DNA of 44,825 bases from Alphaproteobacteria bacterium (GCA_027483385.1 JAIXUT010000105.1:1-44825), one strand, 5' to 3'; shown: positions 18,800 through 28,879, counted from the first letter of the stretch. Numbers and translations: made by a program. The notes: a model not told the origin generated them from the sequence alone.

Positions 18800-19183
18800 A
18801 TGGTTGACAAAAATATGCGAATCCTGGTGGTCGACGACGCCCTCACCATGCGGCGAATCGTCATCAACCTCTTGCGCCAGCTGGGCTTTACCAACATGAA
18901 TGAGGCCGATGACGGCACCACAGCTTGGGAAAAGTTACAAAGTGAAACCTTCGATTTAATCATTTCCGATTGGAATATGCCCAAAATGACCGGCATCGAT
19001 TTGCTGCGCAAAGTGCGGGCCGATGCCAAATATGGCCGCACACCTTTCATTATGGTCACGGCCGAGGGCAAGCGCGAGAACGTAATTACCGCAGTGCAGG
19101 CCGGGGTAAGCAATTATATTGTCAAGCCCTTTAACGCCGCGACCTTGAAGGAAAAGCTGGTGAAGGTTGTTGGTGATTTTTAG
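18800..19183 (+). CDS. cheY: Chemotaxis response regulator CheY
   Basis: ILVVDD, ISDWNMP, MVTAE, YIVKPF. Confidence 0.96.
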   Translation: MVDKNMRILVVDDALTMRRIVINLLRQLGFTNMNEADDGTTAWEKLQSETFDLIISDWNMPKMTGIDLLRKVRADAKYGRTPFIMVTAEGKRENVITAVQAGVSNYIVKPFNAATLKEKLVKVVGDF

Positions 19184-19222
19184 TTTTCGAAAAATTAAGG
19201 CGAACAGCAGAAAGCGCGCGGC

Positions 19223-19927
19223 ATGACAAATAAAATCAGTTTAATGGAGCGCATCGCGCTGTTGGAACAAACCCAGCAAGGCCAGATGATTCCCGCCGAG
19301 GAAGTCTGGAAGCTTCTTGATAGCGTCAAGGAAATGTTCGGCGAAAAGACCGACGGCGTGCATGGCCACAGCAGCGAGCTATACCGCGAATTGGGTGAGT
19401 TGGCCAAATTTATCAACAGCGCCAAAAAAGAATTGCAGGAAGTCAAGGCCAGCAATATTGCCGACGAGCACTTGCCCAACGCGACCAATCACCTGGACGC
19501 AATTGTTCAGATGACCGAGCAGGCTACGGGCCGAATTATGGATGAATGCGACCAAATCGGTAATTTTCATAACGACGTAAAAGAGCGGTTGTTATCGGCC
19601 GATCCCGCCATCGATCCGAATATTCTCATGGGGGTAGATGATGCGTTAAACCAAGCGCAAACCAGCGTGACCCATATTTTTGAGGCCTGTAACTTTCAAG
19701 ATATTACCGTGCAGCGCGTGCAAAAGGTGGTGAAGGCCTTGCAGGAAATTGAACGCCAGGTGCTGCGGATGGTGGTGGTGTTTGGGCTGGTGGAAAACCA
19801 GAGCAAGCTCGATGAAGCCACCCGCCAGGAACTGACCGAAGATGTGGCCTTGTTGCAAGGCCCGCAGCTGGCAGGTCAAGGCCTCGAGCAGGACGATATC
19901 GACGCTATTCTGGCCAAATTGTTATAG
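19223..19927 (+). CDS. cheZ: CheY-P phosphatase CheZ
   Basis: LDAIVQMTEQATGRIM, catalytic FQDITVQ (DxxxQ), C-terminal LQGPQ..QDDIDAIL. Confidence 0.9.
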   Translation: MTNKISLMERIALLEQTQQGQMIPAEEVWKLLDSVKEMFGEKTDGVHGHSSELYRELGELAKFINSAKKELQEVKASNIADEHLPNATNHLDAIVQMTEQATGRIMDECDQIGNFHNDVKERLLSADPAIDPNILMGVDDALNQAQTSVTHIFEACNFQDITVQRVQKVVKALQEIERQVLRMVVVFGLVENQSKLDEATRQELTEDVALLQGPQLAGQGLEQDDIDAILAKLL

Positions 19928-19936
19928 TTAAAAAAT

Positions 19937-20980
19937 ATGGCGAACCCAATCCGCGTTCTGGTGGTTGATGACAGCACCTTCATGCGCGGTGCGCTGGTGC
20001 GGATGATTGAAAAAGATTCTCGCTTTAAAGTGGTTGATATTGCCGTGAACGGTGAAGAAGGCGTGAAAAAGGCCGCCGAATTAAAGCCTGACGTGATTAC
20101 CATGGATATCGAAATGCCTGTCATGAACGGTATCGATGCCTTGCAGGCCATCATGCGCACCAACAAAACACCGGTGGTGATGGTCAGCACATTAACCGAA
20201 GCAGGCGCCGCAATAACCTTAAAGGCGCTGGAACTTGGCGCGGTGGATTTTATTCCCAAATCGCTCAGCGACAAAGACAAAAACATTTTTAAGGGTGCCG
20301 AGGAAATTCATGCCAAGCTGGCCGCCGCCGCAGGGGTGACCAACGGGCGGGCCGATAAAGTGGCAGCGTTGCCCAAAACTTCTGTACCAAGCATTGCGCC
20401 CAGCACCATCAGCCGCGTGAATGCCCGGGTGGTACTGATTGGATCCTCTACGGGCGGGCCTAAAGCGCTGCAAGTGCTGCTTTCTCAGCTGCCCAACAAT
20501 CTGCCCGTGCCGGTGGTGATTGCTCAGCACATGCCGCCCGATTTTACTCTGGCACTGGCCAAACGGCTGGATGAATCTACGCCCCCTGCGGTGGTGGAAG
20601 CCAAAGCTGGTGACGTGTTGTTGCCAGGGAAAATCTACATTGCCCCCGGCGGTAAGCATTTGCGCCTGACCCCTACCGGAATCACAATTGACGATGACAA
20701 GGGCGAAAGCCCCTACAAGCCGAGCGTGGACGTGTTGGCCGAAAGCGCACGGCTGCTGTTTAACAAGCAAGTGCTGGCCGTAATGCTGACGGGCATGGGC
20801 GCCGATGGCGCCAAGGAATATAAAAAGTTGAAGGATTTAGGCGCCTATATCATCGCCCAAGACCAAACCAGCAGCGTGGTGTACGGCATGCCCAAAGCGG
20901 TGGCGGAACTTGGCGGTGTGAACGAAGTTCTGGCGCTCGATAAAATTGGCCCACGGGTGCGCAGCTTGTTGGGTGTTTAG
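19937..20980 (+). CDS. cheB: Chemotaxis methylesterase CheB
   Basis: Receiver domain plus GSSTGGP, AQHMP, LTGMGADGA, VYGMP. Confidence 0.97.
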   Translation: MANPIRVLVVDDSTFMRGALVRMIEKDSRFKVVDIAVNGEEGVKKAAELKPDVITMDIEMPVMNGIDALQAIMRTNKTPVVMVSTLTEAGAAITLKALELGAVDFIPKSLSDKDKNIFKGAEEIHAKLAAAAGVTNGRADKVAALPKTSVPSIAPSTISRVNARVVLIGSSTGGPKALQVLLSQLPNNLPVPVVIAQHMPPDFTLALAKRLDESTPPAVVEAKAGDVLLPGKIYIAPGGKHLRLTPTGITIDDDKGESPYKPSVDVLAESARLLFNKQVLAVMLTGMGADGAKEYKKLKDLGAYIIAQDQTSSVVYGMPKAVAELGGVNEVLALDKIGPRVRSLLGV

Positions 20981-21128
20981 CCCAAAAACCCAGCCCATTG
21001 GTGCGATGAATGTGGCCAAGGCGGCCCAAGGCTGCGATTATTTTGCAGCCGCGAGAGGCATCGGGCTGACAAATTACTCATATTCACGCTAGAGTTTAAC
21101 AAAACAAACCCACCAAGGGGTAAGCCTG

Positions 21129-23345
21129 ATGAGCGATATGGATATGGCTGGCGATGAAATGCAGGAAATCCTGCAGGAATTCTTTACCGAGGCCGATGAA
21201 AACCTCGATACGCTGGAGCAAGATTTAATTAAGCTGGAAGCCCTGAGCGCCGAAGGCGTGGGTGGTACTGATAAGGAAACTGTCGACCGCATTTTCCGCA
21301 TGCTGCACACGCTAAAGGGCGGTGCGGGGTTTTTGGGGCTGGAAAAAATTGCCAAGCTGGCCCATGCGGGTGAAAATCTGCTCGATGAAGTGCGCAACGG
21401 CAAGGTGCAAATCGATAAACCCGTGATGGACGCCCTGCTGCTGACCATCGATGGCCTCAAGCAGCTGCTGAATTGCCAGAAAAACGGCGAAGACGACAGT
21501 GAGGTCGATTTTACCGAACTGCGCGCGAGCCTGGAAGCCTTGGCCAAAGGCGAGGCGCCTGCCACAGCCCCTGCGGCCGCACCTGCGCCCATCGCCACAG
21601 TGGCGCCAGCTGCCGCCAAGCCAACGGCTGTGGCTGGCCCAATGGTGAATGAAGAACTGCTGGCCAGCGTGCTGAGTGATACCACCCTCGACCCTTCCCG
21701 CGATAAAGAAGCTACCCCGCCAGCAGGGCCCCCAGCAGAGATAATGATTAACGAGGATTTGTTGGCGAGTGTTCTGAATGATGAGACGCTCGACCCCAGC
21801 AAGGATAAAGAAGCTTTACCCGCAGGCCCAATGGTGAATGCCGAGTTGCTGGCCAGTGTGCTGAACGATACTACGCTCGACCCCTCCCGCGATAAAGGCG
21901 AGGAAGGTGCAATTCCAGCCCAAGCGCCAACAATACCTGCACCAACGCTGAAGCAGCCGCCCGCCACCGACCAACGCAAGGCTGGCGAGGATCGCCGGCA
22001 AGCCCCCCGCCGTAACGAGGAAGGCGGTACAGAAACCATTCGGGTGGAAACGGCCCGGCTGGATAAGGTGATGAACCTGGTCGGCGAATTGGTGTTGGCC
22101 CGCAATACCCTGATGCGGCAGCTTAACTTGCCCGAAGCCAAAAAGGCGCTGGAAAAACTTGAAAATGCGCCGATGATTTACGGCACGATCGAGCAATTCA
22201 GCCGCGTGACCCAAGATATCCAGATGAGCGTGTTAAGCACCCGCATGCAGCCCATTAAAAAAGTCTTTGATAAAATTCCCCGCCAAGTGCGCGAGCTGAA
22301 AACCCAGCTGGCCAAGGAAGTGAACCTGATGGTTGAGGGTGAGATGACGGAAGTCGATAAGACGTTAGTCGAAGAACTGGCCGACCCGATGGTGCACATG
22401 ATTCGCAATGCGCTCGACCACGGTTTGGAAGGCCCCGCCGAGCGCGAAGCGGCTGGCAAACACCCGGAAGGTACCCTGATGGTGCGCGCCTTTTACGAAG
22501 GCAATAACGTGGTCATTCAGGTGCAAGAAGATGGCCGTGGTATCGACCCTGAAAAAATCAAAAAAATTGCCCTTAAAAAAGGCGTAATCACCGAAACCGC
22601 CGCCGCCGCGATGACCGATGCCGAAGCAATTCGGCTGATTATGGCGCCGGGCTTTTCCACCGCCGAAACCATTACCGATGTGAGTGGCCGTGGGGTGGGG
22701 ATGGACGTGGTGAACACGAAAATTAACAACCTGCAGGGCAGCATTGAAATCCGTAGCGAGCTGGGCCTTGGTACCTGTTTTAGCATCTATATGCCGCTGA
22801 CCTTGGCGATTGTGAATGCATTAATTGTGGGGAGTAATGCGGAAGGGTTTGCCATCCCGATTGGGGATATTGCCGAAGTGATTAAATACCGCGGTGAGGG
22901 GCTGCACAAGGTAAACGAACAGGATATTATTGAACTGCGCGGCGAGCCGCTGCCGCTTTACTACTTGGCCAAATTAACCCGCGATGGTTACCTCCCCATG
23001 GCGCGGCAACTAAAGACGACCGACCAAAACTTTGCCTTAGCACCTTCAGAAAATCTGTCGCTCGACGACCTCGACCGCGTGACCCGGGTTCACGCACCCG
23101 AAGGGTTAGGCAAGGCCAACCCCGACAGCGCCTTTGTGGTGGTGGTGCGCGACGGCAGCAACGCGTTGGGGTTGGTTGTCGATGAACTGCTCGGTCAGGA
23201 AGAGGTGGTGGTGAAGCCTGTCACCCAGATGTTCGAATTCCATAAGGCCATCAGTGGTGCCACCATCACGGGCGACGGCAAGGTGCACATGATTTTGGAC
23301 GTGCCAACGATGCTGAAAGATTTATCGGGCAGCATCGCCCGCTAG
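21129..23345 (+). CDS. cheA: Chemotaxis histidine kinase CheA
   Basis: HPt FRMLHTLKG, LMNLVGELV-type dimerisation helix, HMIRNALDHG, DGRGID, SGRGVGMDVV, C-terminal CheW domain. Confidence 0.97.
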   Translation: MSDMDMAGDEMQEILQEFFTEADENLDTLEQDLIKLEALSAEGVGGTDKETVDRIFRMLHTLKGGAGFLGLEKIAKLAHAGENLLDEVRNGKVQIDKPVMDALLLTIDGLKQLLNCQKNGEDDSEVDFTELRASLEALAKGEAPATAPAAAPAPIATVAPAAAKPTAVAGPMVNEELLASVLSDTTLDPSRDKEATPPAGPPAEIMINEDLLASVLNDETLDPSKDKEALPAGPMVNAELLASVLNDTTLDPSRDKGEEGAIPAQAPTIPAPTLKQPPATDQRKAGEDRRQAPRRNEEGGTETIRVETARLDKVMNLVGELVLARNTLMRQLNLPEAKKALEKLENAPMIYGTIEQFSRVTQDIQMSVLSTRMQPIKKVFDKIPRQVRELKTQLAKEVNLMVEGEMTEVDKTLVEELADPMVHMIRNALDHGLEGPAEREAAGKHPEGTLMVRAFYEGNNVVIQVQEDGRGIDPEKIKKIALKKGVITETAAAAMTDAEAIRLIMAPGFSTAETITDVSGRGVGMDVVNTKINNLQGSIEIRSELGLGTCFSIYMPLTLAIVNALIVGSNAEGFAIPIGDIAEVIKYRGEGLHKVNEQDIIELRGEPLPLYYLAKLTRDGYLPMARQLKTTDQNFALAPSENLSLDDLDRVTRVHAPEGLGKANPDSAFVVVVRDGSNALGLVVDELLGQEEVVVKPVTQMFEFHKAISGATITGDGKVHMILDVPTMLKDLSGSIAR
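21636..21897 (+). repeat. Three in-frame tandem repeats within cheA
   Basis: MVNEELLASVLSDTTLDPSRDK / MINEDLLASVLNDETLDPSKDK / MVNAELLASVLNDTTLDPSRDK. Confidence 0.95.
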
Positions 23346-23354
23346 GTAAAGGCG

Positions 23355-24008
23355 ATGACCACCACCATGAACCTGCTGTCGGCGCGCTCTCCTGCCCGCG
23401 CCGATGGCCTGCCGATGTTGCTGGTGGCGGTGAACTTGCTGCTGCTCAGTTTTTTTGTGCTGCTGAATGCGATGTCGGCCCAACCAACCAGCAAGGAAGA
23501 AAAGCACGCCGATGACGTGCTGGCCCGCGTGCGCGAGGGCTACGACCAACAGGCCCCAAAACATACCAACCAAGGCAATGCCTTGCCGCAAGCGCCTGTC
23601 ACCAGCTGGGCCGAAGCCATGACCAGCAAAGTACAGGGCGTGATGACCAACCGCGTGCAACTGCAAACCGAAGTTTTGGAAGCCGATGCCTCCAGGGTGG
23701 TGGTGCGGCTGCCCATGGAAGCCTTGTTTGCAGGCCCCGAACTGATTGGCGCTGAGCTGGTGAAATCCCTCATGCTGGCCACGCAAGGCGCAAGGCTGGA
23801 ATGGCAACTGGCGGGGAACACAGTGGCGGCTGTCTCTCAAGGAGCGGCGCTGGGGGCAATCACGGGTGGTATTGCACTGATGGCAGGCCCACCTGAAATG
23901 CGCATCATTCTAACACCTGCACCCACCAGTGCGCCAAGCCTGGGCGGCAGCTTAAGCCCGCTGACGAATGCCCCGGGCGTGCAGGTGCAAGGCCAGTCGC
24001 GCCCATGA
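23355..24008 (+). CDS. MotB-like membrane protein, degenerate (no TM Asp)
   Basis: TM LLVAVNLLLLSFFVLLNAMS resembles the MotB TM/plug; coupled to the next gene by ATGA overlap. Confidence 0.6.
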   Translation: MTTTMNLLSARSPARADGLPMLLVAVNLLLLSFFVLLNAMSAQPTSKEEKHADDVLARVREGYDQQAPKHTNQGNALPQAPVTSWAEAMTSKVQGVMTNRVQLQTEVLEADASRVVVRLPMEALFAGPELIGAELVKSLMLATQGARLEWQLAGNTVAAVSQGAALGAITGGIALMAGPPEMRIILTPAPTSAPSLGGSLSPLTNAPGVQVQGQSRP

Positions 24009-24649
24009 CCCGCGTCCGTTTGCGCACCAGCGCCATGCAGGCCTTGCAGGCCCCACGGCAAAAAATCCCTGAACAAGCCTGGATGCTGACCTTTGCCGAC
24101 CTCACCAGCCTGTTGTTGTGCTTTTTTGTGCTGTTCTATGCCACCCAAACGATTGATAAACCCCGTTGGCAAACCCTGGTGGGCAGCTTTGCCGCCAGCT
24201 TCGCGCCGCGGACCTTGGCAGTAAGTTTAACCCCCAGCGGCCAGGGCAACGCAATGCCAGTGGTCGCCACCCGCCGCAGTGTGGCGTATCTCGATAACAT
24301 TCTGCGCCAGCGCCTGCAAAACGATACCGCCTGGAATGGGCTGGTGGGTTTTGAAGTGCCAGAAGTGCAGGAATACCAGTATGTCTTGCCAAGCAGCCTC
24401 ACCAACCCGGCCGACCCTACCACCCGTGCGGCCTGGCAGCGCTTGGGTGCAGTGGTGTTTAACTGGCGCACCCCCGTGGCCGTGCGGGTGGTGGTGCCAG
24501 TTGGTGGCAATTGGGGCGCCGCCAGCAGCCGTGCGTGGGCGCTTGCCGAATTGGCACGCAAGGGCGGTGGCCGCGTGACAGCCGAAGTGGTGCGTGGCAA
24601 CGTAGGCCAAACAGAACAAACCTTATGGATTATGTACGGCGCCAATTAA
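24005..24649 (+). CDS. motB: MotB-family protein (TM/plug intact, C-terminal domain divergent)
   Basis: WMLTFADLTSLLLCFFVLFYA matches the MotB WxxTFAD motif. Confidence 0.78.
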   Translation: MTRVRLRTSAMQALQAPRQKIPEQAWMLTFADLTSLLLCFFVLFYATQTIDKPRWQTLVGSFAASFAPRTLAVSLTPSGQGNAMPVVATRRSVAYLDNILRQRLQNDTAWNGLVGFEVPEVQEYQYVLPSSLTNPADPTTRAAWQRLGAVVFNWRTPVAVRVVVPVGGNWGAASSRAWALAELARKGGGRVTAEVVRGNVGQTEQTLWIMYGAN

Positions 24650-27351
24650 CTCTGCTGCTGGCCACTTGGCTGGTGGGCACAGGTGCGCTTGGGTGGGCCG
24701 AAGATTTTGCGGTCACGTTCCCAGCAGGGCCCTTGGCAGTATGGTCGGCAGGTAGCAATCGCACGGTGGCGGTAGGCACCAGTCAACCCGAAATTCAGGC
24801 TGCTGCAGGCTGGAAAATCATCCCTTTGACCACAGGCGCGTTGCATGGTGTTGAAATTTTCGGCAAACAACCCGTTCAAGCTACCAAGCAGGGCCAGGGC
24901 TGGCGTATCAGCAACGGCAGCCAACGTGTGCCCCAAGGCCATGCGCTGTTGCTGAACGACGGCTGGCAGCTGGGGGGGCAGCCGCTTCGCCGCGTCAGCC
25001 TCGAGGCCGCGGGAAGCCGTTGGCAAGTCGGGTTAAGTCAGCAGCCGCTACGCCAAGGGCAGGCGTTGGTGGGGGCCGTGCAGCGGCTTGGTCGGGCCAC
25101 CACAGCAATTGCCGAGGTAAGCCAACGGAGCCCAGAACCCGTAAATTTTGCGGCACTGGAACCAGCGGCAGGGTTAAGCCCAACTGCCACGCCACAGGTC
25201 AGCATCGAAAGCTTGCTGGGGAGTATGTTTGCTCCCATTGGTTTGGTGCCCCTCAGTGGCCCCATTGCCAACGCTTACCAACCTGGCACCCGTGTGGCGC
25301 TACCTGCCCTGAAGCTGGAAGCCTTAAGCAATTCCTCTGAAATTCGTCCCTCAGATGATTTAAGCCTAACCACAGTTTCAGCCACCGTGCCTTCCATCGT
25401 AACTCTCACCACTGTGGTCACGGGCACCACTGAACCAGCCACCGCAGCCGTTGCCGTAAGCCCCACTGAACTGGAAGAGGTAGCTGAAGTTTCGCCCACC
25501 TTGCCGCCGCTGACGCGGGAAGCAAACGCCACGATGCGTAGCGAAGAACTGGTGAATGAGGAAGTCGGCGTGCTGATTCCCCCCCGCGGCCGCGATTATG
25601 TGACCGATACCAGCGAAGCCCTGCAAGCCGTGGCCGATGCGCCGGTTGGCAGCAGTGCCGCGCGGGAAGCGCGGCTGGCACTGACAGGGGTGTATCTGGC
25701 GTGGCAACGGCCCGAGGAAGCTTTGGCCGTGCTCGCAACATTTCCCGCCCGAACCGATGGCCTGCCCGCCCAAGCCGTGCCTCGCCTCTTGTTCGGCGTT
25801 GCCCAATTGGCGCGCGGGCAATTGCCCCAGGAAGGGGTGTTCGACCAACGCGGCACCCTGCTAGGCCATGCCCAGCTGTGGGCCGCTGTGGCTGCCAACG
25901 CCCGTGGCGCGCATAGTACCGCTGCGACCGAATGGCCCACGGCCCGCGGCATTATGCCCGAATACCCCGAGTACTTACGCGCACTGGCCCAAGCGGCGCA
26001 AATCAATGCACTGGTGATGACCGGGCAATTTGCGGCAGCGCTTCAAGGGATTGAAACCCTTGCGGCAGGTTACGGCAACGCGGGCTTGCCGCCAGCCCTC
26101 AAGCGGTTGCAAGGCTTGGCCAAGCTGGGGTTAAACCAGAATGTGGAGGGGCTTGAAGATTTAGCCGCCGCTGCTGAAAATACCACCGATGCCACCACCG
26201 CCGCCCAAGCGAAACTAGAATTTATCCGGATTCTGCACCGCCGCAAGGAAATTTCCGACGCCCAACTGCGCGGCTACCTGCGCGATTTGCAGCAAGAATG
26301 GCGCGGCAACGATACCGAACGCCAAACGCTGGCGGCGCTGGCCGAACTTTACGCCCAGGCCCGTGAACCCAGCAATGCCCTGCAAACTTGGCAAACCCTC
26401 ATTCAGGCGTTCCCCAACACCCCCGATATGCCCAACCTCACCAACCGGATGGCGGAGGCGTTTGTCGAGGTCTTCGACCCCGAAGCCGAACGCACCTACG
26501 ACCCTTTAACCTACCTTGGCTTGTACTACGATTTCCGCGAGCTGCTGCCCAACGATGAACGTGGCGACCTGGTACAGGAACGCATGGCCGAAGCGCTGGT
26601 ACGCGCCAACCTGTTTGCGCGTGCGGTGCCAATTTTGGAACAACAGCTGCAATACCGCGCGCTGGAAGCGGTGCCGCAGGGGCGCCTGACCTTATTGCTG
26701 GCGCAAAGCAAACGGAATTTGGGCCAACCCGAAGAGGCGTTAAAACTGCTCGATAATGGCCGTGCCTTGGCCAGTACCCAAACCTTGCGGCGCGGCTGGG
26801 CGCTGGAAGAAGCCCGTACACTCATGTTGCTCAATCGGCCTCAACAGGCGCTGGCGGTCTTGCAGCCCTTGGTGGCCGCCGACCGTCTGGAAGATATTGA
26901 AGCCCAGGCCCTTTACGCCCACGCCGCCTGGCAGGGCCAGGATTGGCCCACCGCCACTGCGGGCTTCAACCGCCTGTTGGCCAAGGTACCCGCCAGTGGG
27001 TTGGTTAGCAGTACGGCGGCCCAGTTGCACGCGTTCCATCTGGCCTACGCGCTGGCGCAGCAAAAGGATGCCAAAGCCCTGGCCGAACTGAAAGCCCGCT
27101 ACCAAGAAGCCTGGCCGCAATTGCCCGAACTGGCCGATGATATCAACGCCGTGGCGGCAAGCGCGGGCGTGACGGGCGTCCCCCCCGATGGCGGCCCGCT
27201 GCAGCAGCTCACCACCGCCCTCAGTGGCATCAACAGCCTCGATGACCAAATTGCCAACCTTAGGCGCGAGCTACGCCGCACCCGCAACGAGCGCGACGAT
27301 TACAACCGCCGCATGCAGTATATGGAACTTTTGCCACCGCCGGCTTTGTGA
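24625..27351 (+). CDS. Large exported TPR-like helical-repeat protein, probably flagellar-motor associated
   Basis: Signal peptide from ATG 24625, Ser/Thr/Pro linker, Ala/Leu helical repeats, WRGNDTE and LYYDFRELLP segments; lies between motB and fliP. Confidence 0.72.
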   Translation: MDYVRRQLTLLLATWLVGTGALGWAEDFAVTFPAGPLAVWSAGSNRTVAVGTSQPEIQAAAGWKIIPLTTGALHGVEIFGKQPVQATKQGQGWRISNGSQRVPQGHALLLNDGWQLGGQPLRRVSLEAAGSRWQVGLSQQPLRQGQALVGAVQRLGRATTAIAEVSQRSPEPVNFAALEPAAGLSPTATPQVSIESLLGSMFAPIGLVPLSGPIANAYQPGTRVALPALKLEALSNSSEIRPSDDLSLTTVSATVPSIVTLTTVVTGTTEPATAAVAVSPTELEEVAEVSPTLPPLTREANATMRSEELVNEEVGVLIPPRGRDYVTDTSEALQAVADAPVGSSAAREARLALTGVYLAWQRPEEALAVLATFPARTDGLPAQAVPRLLFGVAQLARGQLPQEGVFDQRGTLLGHAQLWAAVAANARGAHSTAATEWPTARGIMPEYPEYLRALAQAAQINALVMTGQFAAALQGIETLAAGYGNAGLPPALKRLQGLAKLGLNQNVEGLEDLAAAAENTTDATTAAQAKLEFIRILHRRKEISDAQLRGYLRDLQQEWRGNDTERQTLAALAELYAQAREPSNALQTWQTLIQAFPNTPDMPNLTNRMAEAFVEVFDPEAERTYDPLTYLGLYYDFRELLPNDERGDLVQERMAEALVRANLFARAVPILEQQLQYRALEAVPQGRLTLLLAQSKRNLGQPEEALKLLDNGRALASTQTLRRGWALEEARTLMLLNRPQQALAVLQPLVAADRLEDIEAQALYAHAAWQGQDWPTATAGFNRLLAKVPASGLVSSTAAQLHAFHLAYALAQQKDAKALAELKARYQEAWPQLPELADDINAVAASAGVTGVPPDGGPLQQLTTALSGINSLDDQIANLRRELRRTRNERDDYNRRMQYMELLPPPAL

Positions 27352-27356
27352 CAAAT

Positions 27357-28124
27357 CTATAAAGGCGGGTTAAAGCTCTGTACCAGTGTCCCCACCAGCA
27401 GGTGCCAGCCATCAATTAGTACAAAGAAAATGAGTTTAAACGGCAGAGCAATCGTGGCGGGCGGTAGGGTAATCATCCCCATACTGGTTAAAATACTGGC
27501 AATCGCAAGGTCGATCACCAGAAACGGCAGGAACAGCAAAAAGCCAATTTCAAACGCACGCCGCAGTTCGCTAATCATGAACGCAGGCACCAGTGCTTGT
27601 AACGGCACGCGGATATTTTCGGGCTGCACCTCGGGCCCTGGCAGCACCACGTTGGCGCGGTTGGCAGTGGGCATCAGGCCCAAAAATAATTCCAAGTCTT
27701 CGCTGCGCACATTGGCCAGCATGAAGCGCGCAAAGGGCTGGGTGGTACGCTGATACGCCACCGTTTCGTCAATCTGGTTATTCAGGTACGGCTGCAAGCC
27801 CTGGTTGTAGGCCGCCTGAAACGTCGGCGCCATGATAAAAGCCGTGAGAAACAACGCCAAGCCCACCATCACGCCGTTGGGCGGGCTGCTCTGCAGGCCA
27901 ATCGCGTTGCGCAGAAAACTGAACACCACCACGATGCGCGTGAAGCTCGTCACCATCATCAGAATGGAAGGCGCCAGCGAAAGCACGGTAATCAGTGCCA
28001 CCAGCTGGAACACGCGCTGGCTGCTGAGCACATCGCTACCAATATTCACATTCAGGGGCAAATCCTGCGTCCACCCCAAGCTGGGAGAGAGCAACAAAGC
28101 AAAGAGAGCCAGCAGGCGAAGCAT
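27357..28124 (-). CDS. fliP: Flagellar export pore protein FliP
   Basis: LSLAPSILMMVTSFTRI, PAFMISELRRAFEIGF, ALPFKLIFFVLIDGW. Confidence 0.97.
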   Translation of the reverse strand: MLRLLALFALLLSPSLGWTQDLPLNVNIGSDVLSSQRVFQLVALITVLSLAPSILMMVTSFTRIVVVFSFLRNAIGLQSSPPNGVMVGLALFLTAFIMAPTFQAAYNQGLQPYLNNQIDETVAYQRTTQPFARFMLANVRSEDLELFLGLMPTANRANVVLPGPEVQPENIRVPLQALVPAFMISELRRAFEIGFLLFLPFLVIDLAIASILTSMGMITLPPATIALPFKLIFFVLIDGWHLLVGTLVQSFNPPL

Positions 28125-28174
28125 GGGCTATTAGCGCAAGAATACCTTGGCTGCGCAAGCCCTACTGGCCACAC

Positions 28175-28206
28175 AAAAGGCGGCGGAGAAAATTCTCCAC
28201 CGCCTT
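28175..28206 (-). terminator. Intrinsic terminator after the Nudix-like gene
   Basis: Minus strand AAGGCGGTGGAGAA-TT-TTCTCCGCCGCCTT followed by TTGTG. Confidence 0.7.
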
Positions 28207-28225
28207 CTGGCCGTTCGTAATTCGC

Positions 28226-28879
28226 TCAGCTCTGCGGTTGAATACCGTGAAGCGTCAGCAGTTTATAAACCCCTGCTGCCAAATCAATATCTGGCCAGCC
28301 GTAGGTGTCGGGGTCGGTCAGTGCGGGATGGCCTACATTGAAGGCGTGCAGGTTGCCGATTTCATCATCATCCACCTGCACCTTGGCCCTCATGGCTGCG
28401 GTGAAAGGAATAGCGAAATAGGCTTGCATCTGTCCCTCCGCTTCGTATGTCTGGTTCTTCACTTGCGGGAAGAACTGGACTGTAAACGCCTCGGGAATCT
28501 GTTCGCCGAGTTCAGTGAAGAGGCTGAGGCCTATCTCTTCTTGCCACTGGCGGTCGAGAATCCCATAGATACTCGTATCGGTCTCGTTGGGGTTGCCACC
28601 CACGCCTTTGTACTTGCGAAGCTTCTTGTCCCGCGCAAGCCAGATGGTCTTCAAATTTCCAGCTTCGTCAAACTCCACGAGGTAGCTGGTGACGACCACC
28701 CGGTAGGCCGGGAACTTGTAGAGGCTGGTCACTTTCTGCCCCAGAATTGTACCAGCCGCTTCGCAGGCCAACTGGTAGCGGGGGTCGCGGCGGTCGAACA
28801 GGGCATAAGGTGCAGGCAGCGCCTTCACAATCTGCGGCAGGAATCCACGCAGCATCGCGGCAAGAGATTCGATTGTCAT
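28226..28879 (-). CDS. Hypothetical protein with a degenerate Nudix box
   Basis: GVGGNPNETDTSIYGILDRQWQEEIGL resembles GX5EX7REUXEEXGU; GGGGA RBS before ATG 28879. Confidence 0.65.
   Translation of the reverse strand: MTIESLAAMLRGFLPQIVKALPAPYALFDRRDPRYQLACEAAGTILGQKVTSLYKFPAYRVVVTSYLVEFDEAGNLKTIWLARDKKLRKYKGVGGNPNETDTSIYGILDRQWQEEIGLSLFTELGEQIPEAFTVQFFPQVKNQTYEAEGQMQAYFAIPFTAAMRAKVQVDDDEIGNLHAFNVGHPALTDPDTYGWPDIDLAAGVYKLLTLHGIQPQS

Noticed and set aside
20981-21128. Possible c-di-GMP riboswitch between cheB and cheA
   Set aside because: Only small hairpins; the conserved class I/II motifs are absent.
21636-21897. CRISPR-like or DNA-level repeat array
   Set aside because: Repeats are in-frame, synonymous-diverged protein repeats within cheA; no cas genes or spacers.
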